The notes below the pieces were generated by a model. The model did not search any database. It saw only the letters and a list, made by a program, of their open reading frames with translations, and was not told where the DNA came from. This document shows, one piece after another, positions 28,583-36,633 of a stretch of DNA of 64,000 bases. How positions within the stretch are numbered: the stretch's first letter is position 1; every line of letters begins with the position of its first letter. The translations under genes were made by a program, and so were the position numbers. Location of the stretch: assembly GCA_039794085.1 (NCBI GenBank), contig JBDIWC010000002.1, forward strand, positions 9,829-73,828, given 5' to 3'. Source of the DNA: Gemmatimonadales bacterium (lineage in GTDB: Bacteria; Gemmatimonadota; Gemmatimonadetes; Gemmatimonadales; GWC2-71-9).

Positions 28583-31219
28583 CTACTTCGTCGGGTTCAG
28601 AATATCATCGATCTGCGCCCGGGCCGCTTCAAGATGCGCCCGGGTTTCCCGGTTGGAGGCCTTGGCCACGGCCGCCTGCAGTTGTCCGTCGAGGGCACGA
28701 AGCTCACTGCGGAGCAACGCCTTGACATCGCTCGTGGCCCGCGCGGGCTGGAACTGCCGGGCAAACTGAGGTGGCAGCCCCGGCGGCAGGGCCGGGGTCG
28801 CCGGCGGGTTGAGCTTGTTGCCCGCCGTGGTCAGGTAGACCCGCTGCAGTTCCCGGCGGAAGGGATCGATCGACACCGAGCCGGCCCGCAGCTCGGACCA
28901 GACTCCGCCTCGCAGATCCGAGAGCATGTCGCCCAGGGAGTAGACGTTCGCCTTGTTGGGCTCCAGGGCCTCGAACTCGATCAACCGTTCCATCCGGCGA
29001 TCGTTGAGGAGGCCATTCAGCACACCCGCCTGCGCGCCGTTGATGCGCCGAATGGCACCCTCGACCTCGATCTTTCGCAACACATCGGTGTTCAGGAAGA
29101 AGGTTGGGGTGGCGAAGGCGTTCTCGTTGAGGAAGCGAACGGCCTCCCGCTGCCGGCTCCGGCTGATGGGCACGAAGCGGACGCCGTCCTGTCCCGCCAC
29201 CTTTTCCTGGGCCAAGGTTCCACCCACCACCTGGGTGACGTGGCTCAGTTCCCGCGACCACTGTCCCACCAGACGGCCGTAGAGCATCTCCAGGTCGTCG
29301 TAATTTTCACCGTCCGTCGTTCCCGCCTGAAGGAGAAGGGGGACAAGACGCTTGATGTTCCGGATCCCCCAGCCGGTGGCCTTCACGGGGTCGTCATCAC
29401 CGACCGCCTCGTTATGGTCACCCGGGTCGGACCCGCCGGACCCCTGCACGTTGAACCGGTACCAGGGCACCGAGTCCTGCTCCCGGGCCCATTGGTCGAG
29501 GGTGGCCTTTTCCGCATCCGGCGAGGTGGCCCCGGGAATCGGCTTGTACCCCCACATCGTGGCCCACTTGTCATAGGGGCCGATGATCGGCGAGAGGTCC
29601 TCAATGGCGATGCTGTCCTCGGGCTGGGCCACATAGTTCCAGCGCGAATAGTCCATCAGCGTCGGCGTGTGTCCCATCCGGGCCACCCAGGTCCGACTGC
29701 GAACGCTGTCGACCGGGTAGGTGGATGACGCTTTCTGATTGTGCTGGAAGCCGAGGGTGTGCCCCACCTCGTGCGCCACCACGTACTCCACCAGCCGACC
29801 CATGAGGGAATCGGGATAGGGCCACTGCAGCGCACGCGGATCGAGGTGCCCCACCTGGGTGAAGTACCAGCTCCGCAGCAGATTCATGATGTTGTGGTAC
29901 ATGTAGACGTCGGCTTCGAGAATCTCGCCGGTCCGCGGGTCGTGAACATGGGGTCCCTGGGCATTCTCCGTGGTGGAGGGGAGCCAGCGGATCACCGAGT
30001 ACCGGGCATCCTCGGCGGACCAGTTCGGGTCCTCCGCCTTGGTCGGGGCGTCCTTGGCCACGATTCCGTTCCGGAATCCGGCGGCCTCGAAGGCGGGCTT
30101 CCACTGCTCGATCCCCGCCTTCACGTAGGGGACAAGCCAGGTGGGCGTTGCGGGATCCACGTAATAGGTGATCGGCTTGACCGGATCGGAAATGGCGGCG
30201 GTCGGATCCTTCTTCTCGAGGCGATACCGGGTGATGAAGGTGCGCTGCTGGGCCCTCTGTTCCGGGCGACTGAAGTCCAGGTAGCCGGTCGAGAAGTATC
30301 CCACGCGACGGTCGAAGAGCCGCGGCATCATCGGGTCATCGGGGAGCTTCACCATGCTCCAGTGCATCACCAGGGACGTGGTCCGGTTGGCGGCATTGTT
30401 GCCTCCGAAGGGACCACCACCACCGCCCCCCGCGGCGCCCGGAGGAGGTCCGGCTGTGAGCACGGCCTCGACCTCGACATTGATCGGATATCCGGCCACC
30501 CGCTCGATGAACGAACGGGTCTGGTCGGGATTCCCCCGCATGTTGTTGCCGGGCCCGATCTCGGGCGGCGGACTGGTGAAGAGCCGGGTCACGTCCACCA
30601 CCGCCGCGCTGTCGGGTCCGTAGGTCTCGACATTGAAGGCGCCCAGGATGGGCCCGTAGTTGGACGCGTCCACCGCCTGAGCGATGGGAGACGAGGGGTC
30701 GGCCACCAAGTTGTAGTTGATGGAGCGCACGATCATCCGGTTCCCGCGCCGCTCCCACCGGAGCACACGGGGCTGTCCCACCTGCTGTCCCCCGTAGGGA
30801 CCGCCGCCGCTGGCGCCTTCGGGCGCCTTGGCCAGCCGGGCCACCACGAGAATCTCCTTGCCCAGCAGGGCGTCGGGAATCTCGAACATCAACTTGCTGC
30901 CCACCATGTGACTCTTCCAGAGCCCATCCTGGCTCTTGGCTTCACTGGTGATGACCCGGTCATACGGACGGGGAGCGGGCTCCCCCGCTCCACCCCCAGG
31001 GCCACCGGCTCCGGGGCCACCCGGACCGCCCGGACGAACGGCGCCGCCGGGACCGCCAGGCGTGGGACGAGAGGGCTGCTCGGCCGGAGTCGGCGTGACG
31101 GCTGGTGTGGGTTGACCCGGGACCGGAGCCGGTGGAAGCGGTGGCGGAGGCTTGTAGCAGCCGCCCGCGACGAACGTGGCGCCAAGCAGGAGCAGGCGCA
31201 GGGAATCAATCTTCGGCAA
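28583..31219 (-). CDS. secreted/lipoprotein zinc metalloprotease (HExxHxxGxxH metzincin-like; DUF5117/DUF4953-type)
   Basis: HEVGHTLGFQHN zinc-binding motif; lipobox FVAGGC; Gly/Pro-rich linker; start assigned to TTG about 31219 preceded by GGAGG (ORF upstream extension rejected). Confidence 0.7.
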   Translation of the reverse strand: MPKIDSLRLLLLGATFVAGGCYKPPPPLPPAPVPGQPTPAVTPTPAEQPSRPTPGGPGGAVRPGGPGGPGAGGPGGGAGEPAPRPYDRVITSEAKSQDGLWKSHMVGSKLMFEIPDALLGKEILVVARLAKAPEGASGGGPYGGQQVGQPRVLRWERRGNRMIVRSINYNLVADPSSPIAQAVDASNYGPILGAFNVETYGPDSAAVVDVTRLFTSPPPEIGPGNNMRGNPDQTRSFIERVAGYPINVEVEAVLTAGPPPGAAGGGGGGPFGGNNAANRTTSLVMHWSMVKLPDDPMMPRLFDRRVGYFSTGYLDFSRPEQRAQQRTFITRYRLEKKDPTAAISDPVKPITYYVDPATPTWLVPYVKAGIEQWKPAFEAAGFRNGIVAKDAPTKAEDPNWSAEDARYSVIRWLPSTTENAQGPHVHDPRTGEILEADVYMYHNIMNLLRSWYFTQVGHLDPRALQWPYPDSLMGRLVEYVVAHEVGHTLGFQHNQKASSTYPVDSVRSRTWVARMGHTPTLMDYSRWNYVAQPEDSIAIEDLSPIIGPYDKWATMWGYKPIPGATSPDAEKATLDQWAREQDSVPWYRFNVQGSGGSDPGDHNEAVGDDDPVKATGWGIRNIKRLVPLLLQAGTTDGENYDDLEMLYGRLVGQWSRELSHVTQVVGGTLAQEKVAGQDGVRFVPISRSRQREAVRFLNENAFATPTFFLNTDVLRKIEVEGAIRRINGAQAGVLNGLLNDRRMERLIEFEALEPNKANVYSLGDMLSDLRGGVWSELRAGSVSIDPFRRELQRVYLTTAGNKLNPPATPALPPGLPPQFARQFQPARATSDVKALLRSELRALDGQLQAAVAKASNRETRAHLEAARAQIDDILNPTK

Positions 31220-31357
31220 GGAATCCTCCGGAAGGGAACCGGTGCCCGGACCGGGCGAATGTGCGTTCGGAACCAACACGCGGGAACGGTGGATACTAGC
31301 CCGGTCGGGGCGATGGGGGAAGGTCGCCGCGGGGTCCCCCACCCATCCGGACCGACG

Positions 31358-32644
31358 TTACGCCGACTCCTCCCTGGATGCTGCGCTCGACGCCGTGTCC
31401 TGAAGCCGACTCAGAATGTTGATCCCCGTCGCCGCTTCGATCTGCTTGGTCAACTGAATGATCGCTGTCGGGAGCTGCCCCGCGGCGTTGGCCACTCCCG
31501 TGGCCCCACTGCCTGAATCGAATACCGTCACCTTGTCGATCTGCATCTCCCCCACCGACCCGCTGATCTCCCGGATGATGTCGGGGAGCATGTTCAGAAT
31601 GAAGATCCGCTCGGCCTCCGTCCCCGCCGACTGATACAGCTTGATCGTCTGCTCCAGCACGAACAGCTTCGCCTTCCCGTCCTCCGCGATCGTGGCGGCA
31701 ACACCCTTGGCGCGCGCTTCGGCCGCTTCCTGTTCAGCCCGCGCGGGAAGGAGCACATCGGCCTCGAGGCGCCGCTGTTCCAGACTGATTCTCTCCTGCT
31801 GCAGCGTCTGCTCGGCCACCACCCGCGCCTTCTCGCCGGCCACCACCGCCTCGGACTCGCGCGCCATCGCCTCCCCCTCCAGTTCGGCCCGTCTCACCCG
31901 GAGTCGATTGCTTTCCTCGGCGATGCGCAGGTCCGCCTGCAACGCCGCCACCTGCGCCGCCTGTCGCGCGGCTGCTTCCGTCTGTTCCGCCTCCGCCGAC
32001 CGCTGCGCCTCGGCCACCCGGGAGATCTTGAGAATCTCCGCCGTCTTCTGACGTCCGATTGAGCCGAGGTAGTTCACCTCGTCGGTCACGTTCTGGATCT
32101 TCAGGGTGTCGAGCTCGAGGCCGAGCTTGCGGAGATCCTCGTCGGCCTCCTCGATCAGCCGTTGGGCAAACTTCAGCCGGTCCTCGTTCACCTCTTCGGG
32201 GGTCAGGGTGGCGAGCACACCGCGGAGGTTCCCTTCCAGGGTGTCCTTGGCAATCTGCATCACCTCGTCGAACGGCTTGTCGAGGAGCCGCTCCACCGCG
32301 TTGTGCGACGTCGGATCGCGTCCGCTGACTTTCACGTTCGCGATGCCCTGCACCAGCAGGGGAATGCCACCCTTCGAGTAGGCGTTCCGAACCGCCACCT
32401 CGATCGGGATGGTGCGGAGGTCGATCCGCGACACCCGCTCGATCAGGGGGATCCGCAGAGTCCGGCCTCCGCGCAGAACGCGATAGCCAATCTCACGCCC
32501 GTCGACCGCAGTGCGCCTCCGGCCGGTGATGACCACCATCTCGTTGGGCAGGCAGATGACGATCAGGGCCTTGACCGCGAGGATGATGGCGAGGATGACG
32601 CCCAGGAGGACGGCTCCGATGGTCCCGACAACGACGAGGTCCAT
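31358..32644 (-). CDS. SPFH/band-7 flotillin-like protein (YqiK/FloA family)
   Basis: N-terminal TM then SPFH domain and long Ala/Glu-rich coiled coil; start ATG 32644 (MDLVVVG). Confidence 0.8.
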   Translation of the reverse strand: MDLVVVGTIGAVLLGVILAIILAVKALIVICLPNEMVVITGRRRTAVDGREIGYRVLRGGRTLRIPLIERVSRIDLRTIPIEVAVRNAYSKGGIPLLVQGIANVKVSGRDPTSHNAVERLLDKPFDEVMQIAKDTLEGNLRGVLATLTPEEVNEDRLKFAQRLIEEADEDLRKLGLELDTLKIQNVTDEVNYLGSIGRQKTAEILKISRVAEAQRSAEAEQTEAAARQAAQVAALQADLRIAEESNRLRVRRAELEGEAMARESEAVVAGEKARVVAEQTLQQERISLEQRRLEADVLLPARAEQEAAEARAKGVAATIAEDGKAKLFVLEQTIKLYQSAGTEAERIFILNMLPDIIREISGSVGEMQIDKVTVFDSGSGATGVANAAGQLPTAIIQLTKQIEAATGINILSRLQDTASSAASREESA

Positions 32645-32654
32645 GCGTTTTCTC

Positions 32655-33218
32655 TCAGGTGGAGGGGGGAATCTCGAGCTGAGTGGCCGCCATGACGCTG
32701 GCCACCCCATGGGAGGTACTCAGGATGATCACTTCCTGGCCGACCGCGAGGGGAGCGTCCACTTCGCCGGCCAGGGTCGCCGTCAGGTACATCTCGCGCC
32801 CGGCGATGAGGCAGGCGATCTGCCCCGGATTTTCCGCGCTGATCGGAAGGACGACCCGGGCCAGGGCTCCGTGGAAGTCCTCGTCCCCCAGGATGTCGAC
32901 GGAGGAGTCGGTCCGACGGAGCCAGGTGAAGACGCCGTGAGCCAGTCCCATCGACACGACGCCGAGCGCCGCCGCCGTCCCCATCACGATGACGGGTGCC
33001 ACTCCGAATGCCGTCAGGAGGAGGCCGGTCACACCGAAGGCCGCGAGGAGGAAGGTGAGGTTCCGGGTGCTGAAGAGCCCGAGAAGGAAATGCGTCGCGC
33101 CACCCGAGTCGCCGTCGTCCAGGTCGGCAGCGTCCGCCCCGTCGTCGTCGCCGCCCAACGTGGAGAACATCAGGAGGCCGAGTCCAATGATGGTGCACAG
33201 CAGATAGACCGACGTCAT
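32655..33218 (-). CDS. NfeD-like membrane protein (YqiJ family), partner of flotillin
   Basis: TM helices, acidic linker, C-terminal OB-fold-like region; immediately upstream of flotillin gene on same strand. Confidence 0.6.
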   Translation of the reverse strand: MTSVYLLCTIIGLGLLMFSTLGGDDDGADAADLDDGDSGGATHFLLGLFSTRNLTFLLAAFGVTGLLLTAFGVAPVIVMGTAAALGVVSMGLAHGVFTWLRRTDSSVDILGDEDFHGALARVVLPISAENPGQIACLIAGREMYLTATLAGEVDAPLAVGQEVIILSTSHGVASVMAATQLEIPPST

Positions 33219-33311
33219 CCACGATCACCTCGTGGCGTTGGGAGAGTGCCTGAAGATTGTCTGGTCGGGCCAGGCTTGGGAAGAGTAAGCCGGTGCCGCC
33301 TTGCGGGAATC

Positions 33312-33602
33312 TCAGGCATCGGCGTGGGCCGCCCTTTCGGCAGCGAAGACCTCCTCCGGGGATTTTCCGGTCAATCGCATGTACATGGCGTCGGGACAGA
33401 GATCGATCTCGGCTCCCCAGGCAATGGCACCGTGGGAAGCAATCTGAACCGACTCAAAGAGCTTCGGGTTGTTCCAGGCGGCAAAGACACCGCGTCCGGC
33501 CAGGTCGGAGAGATCAATTTCCCCTTCGGCACCGTCATCAAAACGAAGCCAGATCCTGTGGTCCGCGAGCGCCTTGACGTCAACAGGCTTCGGCATGGTC
33601 AC
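33312..33602 (-). CDS. DUF2442 family protein
   Basis: 96 aa, pattern RIWLRFDDGAEGEIDLS...AWGAEIDLCPDAMY typical of DUF2442. Confidence 0.5.
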   Translation of the reverse strand: MTMPKPVDVKALADHRIWLRFDDGAEGEIDLSDLAGRGVFAAWNNPKLFESVQIASHGAIAWGAEIDLCPDAMYMRLTGKSPEEVFAAERAAHADA

Positions 33603-33632
33603 CGGCCTCCTGAATCGTGGAAGACAACAACA

Positions 33633-33881
33633 CTACCACCGCCGACACGGCAAAGCCTCGCCATGCTCCATCCGGTTGGCCAACGATCGGAGGGCGAGCG
33701 CCTGGACTCGGGCAACAGCATCGGGCCGTGTCACTCCGTAAGCCATGACACCGGGGAGGTCAGTGATCTCCGCCAACCAGCGGCCATCCGACTCCTGTTC
33801 GACTTCAAGGTGAAGCACCATGGGAATTCCCTTTCGTGGGCCCCTGCAATGTAGCACCAATGACGGGAGGGGCCCCAGCAT
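33633..33881 (-). CDS. HicB-like / UPF0150 family small protein (putative type II antitoxin-like)
   Basis: MVLHLEVEQESDGRWLAEITDLPGVMAYGVTRPDAVARV resembles HicB N-terminal fold; true start probably ATG about 33821. Confidence 0.45.
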   Translation of the reverse strand: MLGPLPSLVLHCRGPRKGIPMVLHLEVEQESDGRWLAEITDLPGVMAYGVTRPDAVARVQALALRSLANRMEHGEALPCRRW

Positions 33882-33932
33882 CTCGACTCCAACCGGCGGC
33901 CGCTGGCTTCAATGTGGGGTCCGGAAAGAGAA

Positions 33933-33955
33933 AGGCCCCAACCGAGGCTGGGGCC
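33933..33955 (-). terminator. intrinsic terminator of ssrA
   Basis: 7-bp GC stem GGCCCCA/TGGGGCC followed on the minus strand by TTTCTCTTTCC, 13 nt past tmRNA 3' end. Confidence 0.5.
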
Positions 33956-33967
33956 CTTCCTGGAGCA

Positions 33968-34329
33968 TGGAGGCGCAGGGAATTGAACCCTGGTCCGAAT
34001 CAAGTTCCAGCACCACGTCTACGTGCGTAGGCCGGTCTTCATGCTTTGGGGCCCGGACGGCGACTCGGCCGGCCTTCCGTACCCCTTCCTCCTGAGATCT
34101 CGCCGCAGACGTCGGAGGACCGCCCTTGGCCAGCCCGGATTTGCGATCCGATGACGACGCCCCGGGCGGGCTTCGAACACCGGAGGTGCTTCAGCGAGCA
34201 GAGCTCAGCTTAAGCAGCCATTGCCAGGTTAGAGTTGGCAAGTAGTGTTTTCCAAACGGTTTAGCCAGGAGCCTGGACCTGGGCACGCTGCGATACCTTC
34301 TTCTGACCCGTCGAAACCGGTCGCCCCCC
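33968..34329 (-). ncRNA. ssrA: tmRNA (transfer-messenger RNA, SsrA)
   Basis: 5' GGGGGCGACCGGUUUCGACGGG (tmRNA consensus), 3' GGUUCAAUUCCCUGCGCCUCCA T-arm/acceptor with G3:U wobble, internal tag ORF GCC AAC TCT AAC CTG GCA ATG GCT GCT TAA (ANSNLAMAA) at 34210-34239. Confidence 0.75.
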
Positions 34330-34669
34330 TGTAGGAGAACACCTGAATGGTAGCGGCACCGGTACCCGGCGGCAACCCCGGCAACCCACAGTACGCAGGG
34401 TGAGCCTCGGCCGGAGCCGAAGCCACCGAGTCGCAATGAGTTGGGCGGCCGGGGCTTGTAAAATAATTCACAAAGGGACGAAAACAAGACGTGACCCCGC
34501 CGGGGTTCGGATTTCCCGGGGCTCACGCCCCTTGCTCGGCCAGTTGAGGTGGGAAGGGCGGTTCACGAACCGCCCCTACGCGCCACCGGGTGCGCAGGCA
34601 AGACCTGACCCCACCCACCGCTGAGTGCGGTGTCCCCCGGGGACTCTCCACCCCGAGGGCAACCGAGCC

Positions 34670-35253
34670 TCAGAACCAGAACCCGACTGTGACCGGGAAC
34701 CACTGCTTGCCTGCGATGCGAGTGCCAGTCAGCCCCAACCATCGGGCCTCGACTTGGAGAGGGATTCTGAGCAGGCGGCTCCGCACACCCACACCGGCGC
34801 TGAGAGCCGGTGAAAACACCGTCTGTTTCAACGTCATGGCCGGAGCGCCGGAGATGGGGCTGGCAGGCAGGAACACTCGCCTGTTGCTGACCGCAGCCCC
34901 GCCACCCACCGCCACGTAGGGGCCCACCTTCCCCGACGTGATCGGGACCACTCCCTCGAGCGTCACCGCGGCCACCTTGTCGATGGAAACGGACCGGGCG
35001 TTCGACTGGGTCACCGCCGGATCGATGCGAGCATAATCCCCGCCCAGGCGGATCAGGACCGGGGACCCGGAGGGACGGAACGTGAGTGCCCCCCGTGCCG
35101 ACAGGTTGGCGCCCACGTTGAGGACGCCGCCCGCCGGGGAACCGAGTACCTTCCCAATCCCCAAAGACGCCGTCCATCGAGGCTCTTGGCTGTGACCGCG
35201 CTCTGAAGCGCCGAGGACGAGCGTTCCAAGAAGGATTCCCGATGTGACTTTCA
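34670..35253 (-). CDS. outer-membrane beta-barrel protein (OmpA-like porin-family barrel), signal peptide
   Basis: strong RBS AAGGAGG 7 nt before ATG (MKVTSGILLGTLVLGAS), alternating amphipathic strands, C-terminal ...VGFWF aromatic terminus; long ORF-track N-extension rejected. Confidence 0.55.
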
Positions 35254-35271
35254 TCTTCACTGCCTCCTTGA

Positions 35272-36297
35272 TCACGGCGCGAACTGCACTGCCACCCACT
35301 GGTTGCACCCCATACCCCCAGTACTTGCGCAGGTTGCGCCGTACCCGGTGTTCGACTGCCACAGGGGAGCAAATCCGTTCCGTATCTGAGTGACTCGAGG
35401 TGCATGAAAGAAGAAACCCGGCGGTGGTGCAATGAAATCGGAGAAGATGTCATCACCATTCACATTGAGGAACCCATCGGTTTCCTTCACGATCACGTCG
35501 AGGAAGGCCACTTCGAAGACGGTGCTCCCATGCACCACCATACCTCCTGTGCACCGGGGATCACCCTCACCGACAACTTCGGAGTTGCCAATGCCTTCGC
35601 AGCGCAGTCGGCTTTGGAAGAGCCCGTTCGAGTCCGTGGAAGGGAACTCAAACTCATTTCCTTCAGAACAGTTGCCGTTGTCACAGATTCCGTTGGTTTG
35701 AAGGGTCACCAGTCTTTGTTCGGGAGTCCCTCCCCCACCTCCATCGATGTTGCACTCGAGCAAGACCGTGGGATCGCAGAACTCGGATGTCATGGGCACC
35801 ACGGTCAGCGTGTCGCCACCGGTGCGCTGTTTGCGTCCCGGCCGCCACTTCGATTCCGCAGGCGCGATGAGGAGGGTGGGAACAACGGGAGCTACCGACT
35901 TGTCGAGAATCACTGCAGCCCCCGACCGGGAGATCCCAAAAAGATCCGTGGAACCCGGAGTTCGAACGACGACCGAGACCTCCTCGTCGGAGCGCCACGT
36001 TTTCCGGTGGGCTGCCAGTGGCATGTAGACTTCGACTCTTGGCAGCGCCCTGATTGCACCCCGGACGTCCTCTGCGCGCTCGCCCGTCGCCTTGCGCATG
36101 GCCTCCAGCACGGCCTGACCCTCTGGCCAATCCGCGAAGTTCTCAAGCACGAGTTTGTATTCCGGCATCGTTGACTCGCGGAGGGCCCGATGAAGGGCCG
36201 CCCGGGCCGTCGGATCCTGGAGCGCACTATTCAGCCAGCGCGCGAAAGTGAGGAACTGCCCCGTCTGACTACCAACCGCCCCGGTTTCCTGCCCCAC
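35272..36297 (-). CDS. hypothetical protein with Cys/Gly/Asn-rich central region, no recognisable domain
   Basis: 341-aa ORF 18 nt upstream of OMP gene on same strand; start (GTG 36297) uncertain; preceded by 16-nt homopolymer. Confidence 0.4.
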   Translation of the reverse strand: MGQETGAVGSQTGQFLTFARWLNSALQDPTARAALHRALRESTMPEYKLVLENFADWPEGQAVLEAMRKATGERAEDVRGAIRALPRVEVYMPLAAHRKTWRSDEEVSVVVRTPGSTDLFGISRSGAAVILDKSVAPVVPTLLIAPAESKWRPGRKQRTGGDTLTVVPMTSEFCDPTVLLECNIDGGGGGTPEQRLVTLQTNGICDNGNCSEGNEFEFPSTDSNGLFQSRLRCEGIGNSEVVGEGDPRCTGGMVVHGSTVFEVAFLDVIVKETDGFLNVNGDDIFSDFIAPPPGFFFHAPRVTQIRNGFAPLWQSNTGYGATCASTGGMGCNQWVAVQFAP

Positions 36298-36330
36298 GGT
36301 GGGACTTGCGCCTTTCTCGGGGGCTGAAAG

Positions 36331-36346
36331 CCCCCCCCCCCCCCCC
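36331..36346. repeat. homopolymeric tract C16 (G16 on coding strand) adjacent to hairpin GGGGGC-TGAAA-GCCCCC
   Basis: read directly: gggggctgaaagcccccccccccccccc, 34-50 nt upstream of the 36297 start codon. Confidence 0.9.
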
Positions 36347-36574
36347 GGAATCTCCTGCAGAACATCCCAACGCTGTGACCATCCCGATGATGAACGACGG
36401 TGCTCGAAATCTCATCTCCGTCCTCCTGTGGTTCGCTCGTCGCGCCAGCCGCACCAACGCTCACCAATTCAGAACCAAGTACCATCACTTCGCTGGACAG
36501 GCGCACAAGCAACAGTGTCGCTGGTGAGCTATTGTCCAGATTACATAACACCGTACCACTGTCTTGTCAACCCC

Positions 36575-36588
36575 CAGACTTAAGTCTG
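36575..36588. promoter_or_regulatory. perfect 14-bp palindrome CAGACTTAAGTCTG in low-GC intergenic region
   Basis: read directly; lies between GGDEF gene stop and hypothetical gene start, near TTGTCAA. Confidence 0.3.
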
Positions 36589-36633
36589 TAGTCATTGCGG
36601 GCGCCAGCCGGGATGACGACGAGGGGGGTGGTC

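Noticed and set aside
34480-34530. Possible tRNA (GGGGTTCGGATTTCCC T-arm-like hairpin)
   Set aside because: T-loop deviates from TTCRANY with correct 5-bp stem, and no acceptor/anticodon arms could be built.
34563-35459. ORF 34563-35459 (-, 298 aa)
   Set aside because: Arg/Gly/Pro-rich shadow frame overlapping the OMP barrel gene and the tmRNA-proximal spacer. I also noted an apparent 1-nt discrepancy near 35280 between my reading of the bases and the ORF-track frames; treated as a transcription ambiguity, not as a biological frameshift.
36306-36527. ORF 36306-36527 (+, 73 aa)
   Set aside because: Exists only because the C16 tract reads as PPPPP; no RBS or protein-like features.
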